A stretch of DNA of 64,000 nt, from the NCBI GenBank assembly GCA_965222615.1, contig CBDCUI010000009.1, positions 214,454-278,453 on the forward strand, written 5' to 3'. The notes under the pieces were generated by a model. The model was not told the DNA's origin. It searched no databases and was given only the letters and a program-made list of their open reading frames with translations. The stretch comes from Gammaproteobacteria bacterium (GTDB taxonomy: Bacteria; Pseudomonadota; Gammaproteobacteria; UBA4575). Both the position numbers and the translations under genes were made by a program. This document shows positions 51,695-61,148 of this stretch, one piece after another (the first letter of the stretch is position 1; the number at the start of each line of letters is the position of its first letter).

Positions 51695-51780
51695 AGTTTC
51701 GAATTTCTGCGTGCAAACTCTATGATGAAATCGACAAGATATGCAGTATCGTTTTTAACCATACCACACGTATTTTCACC

Positions 51781-52157
51781 CCCAACTTTTATTAAAAAGT
51801 TAACGCGCCCTATTCTCTTCATTGGCTAACCTTGATGTCCGCTTTTGGCTGTGGTCTCAATAGGTCGATGCAACACTTTGAAATAGAGTGAAAAAAGGCT
51901 GCAAAAGCTAAGAGAAATGCAATTACATCAACATCTTAAGAGTAGATCAATAAAAGATGGCTCGAAGCAAGTAATAATGCAGTATTTAATGTAACCGGTT
52001 CATCCAAAAACAACTCAACACTAAATGGTCATCCGTTTGAGTCAACCTCTTTATTACTAAAAGTTTAGCAAGGTGTTGCATTGACCGATTGAATCGGCAG
52101 TCGTTAGCGGACATTATATGGGTATTAAGATCATTACCCAACAATTAGGCAAAAGTT
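51781..52157. repeat. Conserved noncoding backbone segment of the Tn7-like element (downstream of tniQ); recurs inverted and split in the degenerate copy
   Basis: The reverse complement of 52099-52150 equals 39214-39265; the reverse complement of 51781-51850 equals 45668-45735. Contains AGCGGACAT-type motifs resembling the IS110 insertion flanks. Confidence 0.5.
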
Positions 52158-52198
52158 AATAGATAATTATTCCTGAATTTCTTTGTACGACCCTCATA

Positions 52199-53785
52199 TT
52201 AGAATGAACCATGCACGTGCATAGATCTTTCGACTATTTCATCCCTGCCTTTTTGTTTTACATCGCTCAAATTAACTAGTATTGGTAGGAATGTTAAGTG
52301 TTCGTATACGATCTTATTATTAGTGATGTCAATAAAAGATAGCGTTTTTGCAAAATTGAGTTTATTTAGATCGCGCTCCAAGTTATCTGAATGCACCCAT
52401 ATTTGTTCACTCAAAGAAACTAACCATACAAATTGTAAATAAAGTTCTGCAAGGTATTGCCACAACCATTCTTTGGTAAACCGATAGACAAAGGGTCGAT
52501 TATTAAAATGCATGCATTTACTATCTTCAGACCATAATAATTTTCCTGGACCGTTTTCTGACCAATCCATCCATACCGATGAATCCAAATAATGTGATGC
52601 GTAGTCCTCTACATTAATTATTTGCCCTTGCGGAAATACACATTTTTGCCAAAGCGAATATGCAGTACACCATAATGACGTAGCTTTAGATAATTTGACA
52701 CTACAAAACTTATTACAGTGAAACATAGTCCCTGACTTACGACTTGAATAATCAATATGCACTTTCAATTCCTGATCAAACGACTTTATGAAGGATGTTA
52801 TAAATTGAGTGAGGTGGTTATAAGTCCGTAATTTGGGGAATCTTTCTATCAAATTTTTACCGTTTAGGTATTCTTTAGTAAGAGTTCTATCACGTAGAAT
52901 CTCCTTGTAATTTTTTACGTCATACTTATCGAAACAACCCACATCACATGAAAGTGGATAAAATTCCCTAGTAGGGATATTTATTTTTGATTTCAAGTAC
53001 GTGGTTTTTGAAGTTCTAACATTTCCAACGTTAACTAAACAAGTCTTCACCCAATCCGGACCAGCTGAAAAATGATGTAAATAGGCTAAATTTGCATAGT
53101 CGACACAACCCTTCAGCCAAATCCGAACAGAATTGGAAGGGTTATTGAGTTCCTCGGCTTTGTTAATCCAATATCTATATTCTTCTATTATTTTCTTGCG
53201 TTCTAAAATATCTGTGCCGACTCTATATCTATCTATATCCCAAAAATTTGTTCCACACTTAATGTTAGGGCAACTATATATTTGTAAGAAAGCATTCGTA
53301 ACTTTATATTTATGTAAATAGCTCCCACATTTTATACAGATAGTAGTTAATGGAGCGTGATGAATTGGGCAGTGACTCCATGCGAGAATTTGATGGAAAA
53401 CAAGATGTGTGCCCCGCTGGACACATTGAGGACAAATGCGTAAATGTTTTGATAAATTTAATGGATTGTTAATAGAGATTGTTGATTTATAGGCACAGAT
53501 GTTTTTGATATTCGAGGAATAGTATTCTCCACACGATGCCTCTAACCAATCACTCTTCCAACCAGTCAGCTGCAGAATTCGTTTTACGTTAAAATTACGA
53601 ACGTCGTCTGGATAGGTGCTTATATCGCTAATGTAATCCGACGCATAACTTTTTCGAGTTCCAAAGTTTCTTTTAAAGTCTGACCAATCAAAATGATTTA
53701 ATATTGCTAGCTTCGCTGTAATAGACCACAGAGTCTCACCTATTGGATTCCATTCTTGAGCACCAATCAGGCTACGGCTATTCAT
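52199..53785 (-). CDS. tniQ: TniQ/TnsD-like target-selection protein
   Basis: 528 aa. N-terminal ETLWSITAKLAILNHFDW resembles the TniQ N-terminus; Cys/His-rich zinc-finger region CPQCVQRG...CPIHH...CIKCGS. Last gene of the tns operon. Confidence 0.6.
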   Translation of the reverse strand: MNSRSLIGAQEWNPIGETLWSITAKLAILNHFDWSDFKRNFGTRKSYASDYISDISTYPDDVRNFNVKRILQLTGWKSDWLEASCGEYYSSNIKNICAYKSTISINNPLNLSKHLRICPQCVQRGTHLVFHQILAWSHCPIHHAPLTTICIKCGSYLHKYKVTNAFLQIYSCPNIKCGTNFWDIDRYRVGTDILERKKIIEEYRYWINKAEELNNPSNSVRIWLKGCVDYANLAYLHHFSAGPDWVKTCLVNVGNVRTSKTTYLKSKINIPTREFYPLSCDVGCFDKYDVKNYKEILRDRTLTKEYLNGKNLIERFPKLRTYNHLTQFITSFIKSFDQELKVHIDYSSRKSGTMFHCNKFCSVKLSKATSLWCTAYSLWQKCVFPQGQIINVEDYASHYLDSSVWMDWSENGPGKLLWSEDSKCMHFNNRPFVYRFTKEWLWQYLAELYLQFVWLVSLSEQIWVHSDNLERDLNKLNFAKTLSFIDITNNKIVYEHLTFLPILVNLSDVKQKGRDEIVERSMHVHGSF

Positions 53786-53797
53786 TATTTGATAATG

Positions 53798-54787
53798 TTA
53801 ATGTGCTGTACGTACAACTAGATCTTTAATCTGTTCAATTGCTACATGGCTGATAGCATCTTCGATGAATCTCTTTTCCAATTGAAGTGACATATCATCT
53901 TGTTCTGGCAATGCTTTTAGTATCCAACGTAATAACGCTGAGATCGGTTGTAGAGGAATTTCATCAAATTTTGCAATATGTTCAGCTCTGCACATCTCCA
54001 TAAGAGAATCCCAAATTAATTCTGCCGAATCTAATAAACGCCAGCCTGCGTCATAAGCTTGTGGAGCAAAATACCTTGTATAGGAGCATCCCGACCCAGG
54101 AGGATATTCTGAATGTGAATCGAGCATTTTTATTATGCGTCTAAAATCTCTTTTGTCGGCAATGCCTTCAAATCGATGTGTCGCAGTCATGAATCGCCCA
54201 AGCAATTGTTGCTTTCCTGAACTTCTGAAATTGTTTTTTATATCTATTAATTCTGGTTGACCGACTAGCACTGTCACTAAACGCACGTCTTTCATTTTCA
54301 ATGAATTATGAAGATCCATAAGATATTCATATTGTGTTAAATCTAACCATTCTGCTTCATCAATAAATAAAAGATAACGATGTTCACGCGTTTGAAAGGC
54401 ACGCTCAACCATAAAATCAATACAACGTCTGCGCTTTATTCTTGCGGCTTTAGAATCAATTAATGAATAATTTAGTGCTTGCAGCATCTCATCAAAGAAG
54501 CGTAATTCAGTAGTACTACTTTGTGATGGTTGCCACATGCTCAACATCGTAGTTGGAATTGGGCTTCCTAAAACTTCTTCACAATTATCAACAATGTAAC
54601 GAATTGCTTGAGTCTTCCCTACCCTTTGATTTCCCCACACTAAACCGCCTGGTAAAAGTTTATCCAACCAAACTAGAATTGCATTTACGAATTCTTCTAA
54701 TGGACGCGTCGGAATAATTGCTGCATCACGCAATATTGGGTGATCGTCAATAAACTCTACTCTCTCGTTATTATGCTTTCTTTCCAT
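53798..54787 (-). CDS. tnsC: TnsC/TniB-like AAA+ ATPase
   Basis: 329 aa. Walker A GNQRVGKTQ, Walker B LLFIDEAEWL; sits between tnsB and tniQ. Confidence 0.7.
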   Translation of the reverse strand: MERKHNNERVEFIDDHPILRDAAIIPTRPLEEFVNAILVWLDKLLPGGLVWGNQRVGKTQAIRYIVDNCEEVLGSPIPTTMLSMWQPSQSSTTELRFFDEMLQALNYSLIDSKAARIKRRRCIDFMVERAFQTREHRYLLFIDEAEWLDLTQYEYLMDLHNSLKMKDVRLVTVLVGQPELIDIKNNFRSSGKQQLLGRFMTATHRFEGIADKRDFRRIIKMLDSHSEYPPGSGCSYTRYFAPQAYDAGWRLLDSAELIWDSLMEMCRAEHIAKFDEIPLQPISALLRWILKALPEQDDMSLQLEKRFIEDAISHVAIEQIKDLVVRTAH

Positions 54788-54799
54788 TGTGTTTATATG

Positions 54800-56695
54800 C
54801 TATCGAGTTGTATGTACTTTATTTAATGAAACCCAGTTCTCGTGTTTCGTAGGTATATTCTGTTTTTCTTGTTTTAGTTTGTTGAATTCTGTTGAGGAGT
54901 GCTGCAAATGCAGAAGTCGGTTTCTATCTTTTCTATATTTATTGGCGCGTTTATTGAGAAAGTTCATGTAGTCTGATAACGGTGTGAGCGTGTCAGAATA
55001 TAAACGCTTTTGCTTTATAAGTTTTAAAATTGCACATCTTATTTTTAAGCTATGTGGATAGATCATCCAGCGTTCTTCTGCTTCAAGACGACCTATACAT
55101 TTGCCATTTTCTAAAAACAGTAACCCTGTGCGTATGTCTTTAATGTTTACGCGAAATGTTGCACGTTGATTTGTATATTGAGTATTAATTCTTAAGAAGT
55201 CACTGGAATATCTCACTCCTTTGAATTTTATATAGGGTCGGTGCTGATGCTCACGACTTGACCGTATCGTGACAAAATAATTTCTTTCAAATAAGGGAAT
55301 ATTATCCGGTTGTTGATTTGTTAGATATCGTGGTATATCCCCTGCTCGATCAATTCGATAACGGATGTATTCAAGTGGCGTGCGACCATTCAGACTGGTG
55401 TGAGGGCTCGCATTATAGTTTGCGATAGCGACATCTGTAACGAGTTCAAGGTTTTCATACTCGATTAAGAGTTTTTTTGCTTGCTGTGTTGCGTTTCTTC
55501 TTCTCGGATCTTGTGGATTTGAACCAGTTGTATTTGGCCATCTATGTAAAGATGCTTCTTCAAACGTCCTCATGAATCTTTCAATTATTGAATTAGATCG
55601 AGGTCGTCGAGCTTTATTGCTGATGATCTCTATTGCACCCGTTGAGATAATTCTGTTTTGTAGCCAACTAGAAATATTTGCATATGCATTGTCTAGTTGG
55701 ACAACATCAAATGATCTCCAAGCGCATTTATCAATAACACCAGATGGCAATCCCGCATTTCGCTTGTAATGAATAACGCCGTTGGTATTTTCTTTTGGTA
55801 ACCACGGTGTGAATGAACTTGCTATGCATTCTAGCAAGTCTTCCATAGTGTAATTTTCCGATAAGCTTAAGCTATAACCAAGAATCGCCCTGCTCGACAC
55901 ATCAATTAGTACGAGCAACCAAATTCTAGAAAGCGGTAGTTCTTGTTCTTCACCAAATTGGTCTTTGATGCGGATGATTAGTTCAGCATCAAGGCGATGT
56001 GCATCAAACTGCACCTTATTATATGGTTTTAGTATTGGGACAGCGTTATTTAAGCAGATATGATTTGTAGTGATCGATTGGATGTTATCGCCAAACTCAG
56101 CAATCGCTCCTTCAATAAAATTCTCTTTTTGAACTTTTCTGCAATAGTTACGAATTACCTCTCTACCACCGTCACGATTACTGAAGGGATAATCCAATTC
56201 GGTATCAATGCCTTTTGCTGTACAATTATCTTTAAAAGCTTCCCAAATGATTTTAGTATTTCTACCGCGCACATAGCACTCATCTATTTTTTTCTTTCCT
56301 AATGCCCATCCTTTAAGGCTATCTTCAAGATTTGGATATTGACGTAGAAATTGACTAAATAATCCAGCATGCCCAGTTAACTTGTTGGTTGTACGCTCAT
56401 ACTTTTTAAATCGAAAATTTGGGATACAAGCTGTATACCCCCACGGATCTCCATCTGGCGATACGTCAAAGGCACGTTTAAGAATTCGTATTAACTCTGA
56501 TTTAGATAATCCGCATTTATAAAGTATTTTTTCTATTGACAAATCGGATGATAAATATAGGTCAACAGCACGTTTTCTACGATTAAATTTCGCTTTTTTA
56601 GCAGCAGAAAATGAACTTACATCAACCGGAAGCCAGTTGTTTGGCTCTAAGTCTTTTGATAGATGATTATTTTCAAGACATAGTTTCCTGATCAT
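54800..56695 (-). CDS. tnsB: TnsB-like DDE transposase (Mu/rve integrase core)
   Basis: 631 aa. DDE motifs in WLLVLIDVSSRAILGY (D), VQLDNAYANIS (D) and IIERFMRTFEE (E); N-terminal HTH-like region. Confidence 0.75.
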   Translation of the reverse strand: MIRKLCLENNHLSKDLEPNNWLPVDVSSFSAAKKAKFNRRKRAVDLYLSSDLSIEKILYKCGLSKSELIRILKRAFDVSPDGDPWGYTACIPNFRFKKYERTTNKLTGHAGLFSQFLRQYPNLEDSLKGWALGKKKIDECYVRGRNTKIIWEAFKDNCTAKGIDTELDYPFSNRDGGREVIRNYCRKVQKENFIEGAIAEFGDNIQSITTNHICLNNAVPILKPYNKVQFDAHRLDAELIIRIKDQFGEEQELPLSRIWLLVLIDVSSRAILGYSLSLSENYTMEDLLECIASSFTPWLPKENTNGVIHYKRNAGLPSGVIDKCAWRSFDVVQLDNAYANISSWLQNRIISTGAIEIISNKARRPRSNSIIERFMRTFEEASLHRWPNTTGSNPQDPRRRNATQQAKKLLIEYENLELVTDVAIANYNASPHTSLNGRTPLEYIRYRIDRAGDIPRYLTNQQPDNIPLFERNYFVTIRSSREHQHRPYIKFKGVRYSSDFLRINTQYTNQRATFRVNIKDIRTGLLFLENGKCIGRLEAEERWMIYPHSLKIRCAILKLIKQKRLYSDTLTPLSDYMNFLNKRANKYRKDRNRLLHLQHSSTEFNKLKQEKQNIPTKHENWVSLNKVHTTR

Positions 56696-57434
56696 GAGAA
56701 CTGGATTTTATTATTGTTTTTATTGTTAATGGGTATGTGTCTAAATCAGATGAAAGTACCCCTTTGTGTAAATGTTTTGCTAAACAAGCAATAATATGCT
56801 GAGATTCAGACGCGCAGAGATTGATGATTTTCTCAAGGGTTATTTCTTTGTAGTTCTTACAAAGTTCCAAAACCTCTCTTTCAAGCAAAGGATCTGGGCT
56901 CTTATAGGCGTTTCTTGCATGTGAGAGCAGCTCACGCCAATTAAAAATTAGAATTTTGTCTTTCTCTAAATTTTTATTAGTTATAAATTCACATCTGTAG
57001 CCATTTTCACTTCCCCACCTCTCAATTAAGTTCCAATCTTTGGGTCTAGTTGTTCCAGAATTGTCCTTCCTAAGAGAGGCTTCATTGAGAACTTCATAGA
57101 ATACTTCTTGTTTTGACTTAAAGGTGAAACTTAAATCAAATGTGTAGTGAGGTTTGTTTCTTAGAGGCGCTTCTATCCGCAGTGGTCGCTCGCATAATTT
57201 TGTTATTGAAGGTTCCGCTTCTGCTTTTATGATTGCATCAGCAATTAGATCTCCGGCGACACAGACTTCTCTCATACCAGCCTTGATACTAAAAATGCGA
57301 TGATATCTGCAGTTAATTTGTTTTTTTAGAGGCAATAAATGCGGGCCTCTAAACATTTTAGCTTCTATAAAACGTGCTGAATTGAAGTTCTCAGTGGATA
57401 AGTTGTTCTTATTATTTGCAACTACATCAGTCAT
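56673..57434 (-). CDS. tnsA: TnsA-like endonuclease
   Basis: 253 aa. RYHRIFSIKAGMREVCVAGDLIADAIIKAEAEPSITKLCERPL parallels Tn7 TnsA YSHKTGRVHHLLSDLELAVFLSLEWESSVLDIREQFPL; TFDLSF matches TnsA TDFLVD. Overlaps the tnsB start by 23 bp. Confidence 0.55.
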   Translation of the reverse strand: MTDVVANNKNNLSTENFNSARFIEAKMFRGPHLLPLKKQINCRYHRIFSIKAGMREVCVAGDLIADAIIKAEAEPSITKLCERPLRIEAPLRNKPHYTFDLSFTFKSKQEVFYEVLNEASLRKDNSGTTRPKDWNLIERWGSENGYRCEFITNKNLEKDKILIFNWRELLSHARNAYKSPDPLLEREVLELCKNYKEITLEKIINLCASESQHIIACLAKHLHKGVLSSDLDTYPLTIKTIIKSSSHDQETMS

Positions 57435-57716
57435 AAATTTGTAAACTAATAAAGATGACTGTTCTAAATTAATAAATAATTACTATCTCAATCAACATAA
57501 AATTGTCTTGTAATATCAAGATTTTGATCTGTTATGTTTCTTAACTAATTATGTTAGCCGTGTATAGCATTGTGAACACACACTATATGTAGTGGGTAGC
57601 ATTGTTTTACTATCGCTTTTTTCATGAATTTTAGGAAATTTTGCATATTTTAAGAATATATGTAAAAAAATGGTTGTATAAATAATCTAATATTTCGATC
57701 GTTTTAGATCAAAATT

Positions 57717-58112
57717 TTGTTTAATATTTTGTATATGGGAAGAGACTTAAAAGTACTCGGCGAAAACATAACGTTACTGCGTAAACGTTTATGTTTGAAG
57801 CAAGACCAGTTGGCTGAAATTGTTGGAACTTCCCAGTCACAAATTAATGCGCTCGAAAGCAAGAAAACTTGTAATCCTGGTTATTTCATTGTTGAAGCAT
57901 TAGCAGATTTTTTTGGTGTTAATAACTGGGATCTTGTTCATAAGCGTCTGGTGAACTTGAGTCCGAAAGAGCAACTTATTAATAGAGTAAGAACAAACAC
58001 ATCTGACAGTGATTTTTTACAAATTAAGCATCTAGTAGATGGTCAGCATCTTGAATACGCGAAAAGCGGTAAATTTCGCTACGAGTATCGCCAGATAAAG
58101 AAAAGTAACTAG
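57717..58112 (+). CDS. Xre-family HTH transcriptional regulator at the transposon right end
   Basis: 131 aa. LRKRLCLKQDQLAEIVGTSQSQINALESKK is a Cro/C1-type HTH. Confidence 0.6.
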   Translation: MFNILYMGRDLKVLGENITLLRKRLCLKQDQLAEIVGTSQSQINALESKKTCNPGYFIVEALADFFGVNNWDLVHKRLVNLSPKEQLINRVRTNTSDSDFLQIKHLVDGQHLEYAKSGKFRYEYRQIKKSN

Positions 58113-58129
58113 AAAATAGTGTCCTGTAA

Positions 58130-58280
58130 TTCAAGCATCGACTTTTACTACGAAGTTTCCCCAAAATCTGATTTTTAGTCCTGTTTCTTCACGTCTAAAT
58201 TAGTCCTCGAATTGGACTGATTTCAATAATTACAATAATTTAGGACTGTTTCTTAGTGTTCGGTATTACTAGGAACTACA
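58130..58280 (-). repeat. Tn7-like right-end repeat array and terminus
   Basis: Four (A/T)GGACTAA / TTAGTCCT(G/C) sites at 58131, 58178, 58203 and 58241, ending in ...GGTATTACTAGGAACTACA at 58280. Confidence 0.6.
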
Positions 58281-58543
58281 ACATGCCCTATACCAGAAAG
58301 TTACTTTTAAGATTACTCTGGTTACCATGATACGTGACTACTTATTAGATAGGCTTTCTATTACCTAATGGCTACACAAAGTCGAATATTGTTTTAGAAA
58401 AATATCGTATCTTAATGAATTTATTAGAATTATATTTTTAAGAATAACTGGCCTTATCCCACGATTAATATATTCTAATTCTATTAGTAAAATTATATAT
58501 TAGAATCTTCTAATATTATTAATATTTTATGGGATGTGTAGTT

Positions 58544-59152
58544 ATGAAATCAGCAATTCAAAGTTTTAAATTTACGACTATCGCGTTTCTTGTAACCCTC
58601 GCGATCAGTCTTTCTCCTGTTGTTTTTGGCAAAAATGACAAAGATACACAAGAAGAAAACACTCAAGCTTCTACCGATTGTAAAATGAAAGCCTATACCG
58701 ACCCAGAAGTAATGGCTGCAGCGATGCTCGATCCAGCTAAGTTTATGGAGCTTATGGCCTTAATGAGCAATCCACAAACTACTTCTAATATGATGGAGTG
58801 TGGTTTAGATACTAATCAGTGGAACGAAATTATCGCTAATATGACCAACCCAGCCAAAATGATGAACGCAATGGTTCAGTTCATGAATCCGCAGATGTAT
58901 GTAAATTGGATGAATGCTTCCATGAATCCCGCGTTTTACCAATCTATGAATGGCTTTATGAATCCTGCCTTATACATGCAATGGATGACTGCCTCTATGA
59001 ACCCACAGTTCTATGCACCGATGTATAAAACCATGGACCCTAAATGGCAGCAAGAAGCTACAGCTTGGATGATGGATTCAAGTAATTTCCAACAAATATT
59101 TGACAACATGTTTAAAGCACCTGTAATTGCAGAAGCACCAGTTACGGAATAA
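58544..59152 (+). CDS. Secreted repeat protein with MNPxxYxxWM 13-aa periodicity
   Basis: Signal peptide MKSAIQSFKFTTIAFLVTLAISLSPVVFG; repeats MNPQMYVNWMNAS / MNPAFYQSMNGF / MNPALYMQWMTAS / MNPQFYAPMYKT. No recognisable family. Confidence 0.45.
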   Translation: MKSAIQSFKFTTIAFLVTLAISLSPVVFGKNDKDTQEENTQASTDCKMKAYTDPEVMAAAMLDPAKFMELMALMSNPQTTSNMMECGLDTNQWNEIIANMTNPAKMMNAMVQFMNPQMYVNWMNASMNPAFYQSMNGFMNPALYMQWMTASMNPQFYAPMYKTMDPKWQQEATAWMMDSSNFQQIFDNMFKAPVIAEAPVTE

Positions 59153-59313
59153 AACTGATAAAAATAAAATTTTGCAGGATGCAATCGGGATGTCTTTGAC
59201 TCTCAGGAACTAGAGTAGAAACTGCACTCCCCTCATAGAAGCCTCGATAAGTATTTGTCGAGGCTTTTTTTATATGCAGTATAATAATTTCAAATAAAAT
59301 ATTTTTAAGAAAA

Positions 59314-59982
59314 ATGATGAATAAAATTAAAGCCTATGTGTTTAATGCCTATGGGGCATTATTAGATACCTATCTACCTTTTGATGAATATCGTGAAGAA
59401 TTGGGAGAAAATGCCTTAGTTATTTACAAGCTCTGGCGGTCCAAACGGCTACAGTATTCTTCTCAATTGAGCTTGATGGATAAATACACTAACTATGAAA
59501 CGATTCGAAAATATGCCCTTGATTTTGCTTGCGAGGTATATGGTATTAATGACAAAAATATCAAGCAAAAGATCTTAGAAGCACATTCTGAGTTGGCCTG
59601 CTATCCAGATGTTAAAGAAGTACTTACTTCACTCAAAGAAAACAATATGAAGATGGCGGTACTTTCAAATGGTTCTCCGCAAAAATTGAGTTCCGCTTTG
59701 AGACATGCCGGCATCAACGATCATTTAGATGGAGTTTATTCCACGGAACAAGTGCGCACCTATAAACCCTCCCCTGCTGTATATGAATTTGTCGAAGAAC
59801 AACTGGGTTTGCCACGCAGTAAAATTTGTTTTGTCTCTTCTAACTCCTGGGATATCGCAGGTGCAGTGTCCTATGGTTTTAATTCGGTTTGGATTAATCG
59901 ATACGAGCGAACGCCTGAACACCTCCCTTATAAAGCTGACCATGAAATTAAAGCATTGAACGAGCTTCTATCTTTAGGATAA
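59314..59982 (+). CDS. HAD-superfamily type II L-2-haloacid dehalogenase homologue with Asn at the nucleophile position
   Basis: 222 aa. The C-terminal two-thirds align closely with L-DEX (VLSNGSPQ, YKPSPAVYE, FVSSNSWDIAGA, GFNSVWINR). Motif I reads FNAYGALLD where L-DEX has FDLYGTLFD (Asp to Asn, Thr to Ala). Confidence 0.75.
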   Translation: MMNKIKAYVFNAYGALLDTYLPFDEYREELGENALVIYKLWRSKRLQYSSQLSLMDKYTNYETIRKYALDFACEVYGINDKNIKQKILEAHSELACYPDVKEVLTSLKENNMKMAVLSNGSPQKLSSALRHAGINDHLDGVYSTEQVRTYKPSPAVYEFVEEQLGLPRSKICFVSSNSWDIAGAVSYGFNSVWINRYERTPEHLPYKADHEIKALNELLSLG

Positions 59983-60074
59983 ATATGCCAGCTATTCTTA
60001 GCTCTGATCATTGAGATCAGAGCTTTTCGGGTATATCTAATCCAGCTCGAAGTTAGTACGTCTTACTTGCTCAC

Positions 60075-61148
60075 TCAATATGTTAATTCACTATCAGTTT
60101 TTTGCTTGCGAAGAATTCCGATCGCACCAAAAATTGAGGCAAAGATGATTGCAATGGCGCCCACCAAAAGTGCAAGCGCGAGTGTGAAGTCACTTAATTG
60201 ATGTAATATCGAAGACCAATTACCTGGTAGAGGGTTGATCAACTTTAGGCTTGCTAGGTAATCAGGTATCACCAAAAGCCTGCTTACTAAAACAATTAAC
60301 ATGATGCTAGCCATCACTTTTTTTACAAAATTTTCGCTTACATAAGTGGTAGCTACCACACCCACTTGAACACCAAATAACGAACCAGCGAGGATTAACA
60401 TAGAGAGCCGAATGTCTACATAGCCTTCCCATGCATACAACATACTACCGCCTAACCCCATTATAAAAGCTACGACTAGCTCAGTTGCAGTGGCCATTAA
60501 GGCTGGAACACCAAGGACAAACATCATTGCAGGCACGCCTATGAAGCCCCCAACCGCAATAAAAGCTGCTAACAGTCCCGTTGCAAAACCTAACGGCGCA
60601 ATGATTAAAACTGAAACTTTTGCCTGTATAGACCGAAGGTAAACCATAGTACCAGGGATATGGATGGATTGAATCCACTTAGCTAATTTTTGCTTATTTG
60701 TTGTTTTTTCTTCAGTATTTGCATTTTCACTACTGCGCTTAGCGTCTCGAAGAATCATCCCGCCGATGATTGCAAGTGTGATTACAAAGATGATGGATAC
60801 ATAAAAGTCGGTGCCAATATCCCCATATTGAGCACGAATATGCGTCATAATTTCCTTGCCTACATAGACGCCAATTTCTGCGAAGGCACCCATTATCAGA
60901 CCAAGTTTAATATCTACTTGCCCAAGTTTGGCTCGCTTAATCGAAGCAACAAGCGCCTTTGGAAATTTATGTGCCATATTGCTGGCTACCGCAACAATAC
61001 CTGGCGCACCTAAGGTCATCATGGCTGGGGTTAATACAAAGGCACCACCCGAGCCAATAAATCCACTTACCAACCCACCAACAAACCCAATGAGCAAAAG
61101 TGTAAAGCCACTCGCAGCAGTAAGATCTATGAAATGTATGGCGTCCAT
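60075..61148 (-). CDS. TauE/SafE-family sulfite/anion exporter (duplicated 4-TM modules)
   Basis: 357 aa with two internal TauE-like halves, Gly-rich helices and a hydrophilic linker at about aa 135-165. Confidence 0.7.
   Translation of the reverse strand: MDAIHFIDLTAASGFTLLLIGFVGGLVSGFIGSGGAFVLTPAMMTLGAPGIVAVASNMAHKFPKALVASIKRAKLGQVDIKLGLIMGAFAEIGVYVGKEIMTHIRAQYGDIGTDFYVSIIFVITLAIIGGMILRDAKRSSENANTEEKTTNKQKLAKWIQSIHIPGTMVYLRSIQAKVSVLIIAPLGFATGLLAAFIAVGGFIGVPAMMFVLGVPALMATATELVVAFIMGLGGSMLYAWEGYVDIRLSMLILAGSLFGVQVGVVATTYVSENFVKKVMASIMLIVLVSRLLVIPDYLASLKLINPLPGNWSSILHQLSDFTLALALLVGAIAIIFASIFGAIGILRKQKTDSELTY

Larger units (their letters stand above)
46657..58280 (-). mobile_element. Tn7-like transposon (tnsA-tnsB-tnsC-tniQ), about 11.6 kb, flanked by a 5-bp target-site duplication ACATG
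   Basis: Left terminus TGTGATTCTTAGTAAAACC at 46657; right terminus (reverse complement) TGTAGTTCCTAGTAATACC ending at 58280, 15 of 19 identities. ACATG lies at 46652-46656 and again at 58281-58285. Multiple AGGACTAA / AGGAGTAA sites are inside both ends. Tns genes run 57434 to 52199 on the minus strand. Confidence 0.65.

Noticed and set aside
51781-52157. About 370-bp segment with CCCAACTTTT / AAAAGTT ends interpreted as an independent MITE
   Set aside because: It occupies the same relative position (between tniQ and the left-end gene) in both the intact and the degenerate transposon copies. It is therefore better explained as transposon backbone than as an independently mobile element.
58281-58528. 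Search for a tRNA or tmRNA gene as the transposon attachment site next to the right end
   Set aside because: No cloverleaf-compatible sequence (no GTTCGAATC-type T-loop with matching acceptor stem) was found; the region is AT-rich intergenic DNA.
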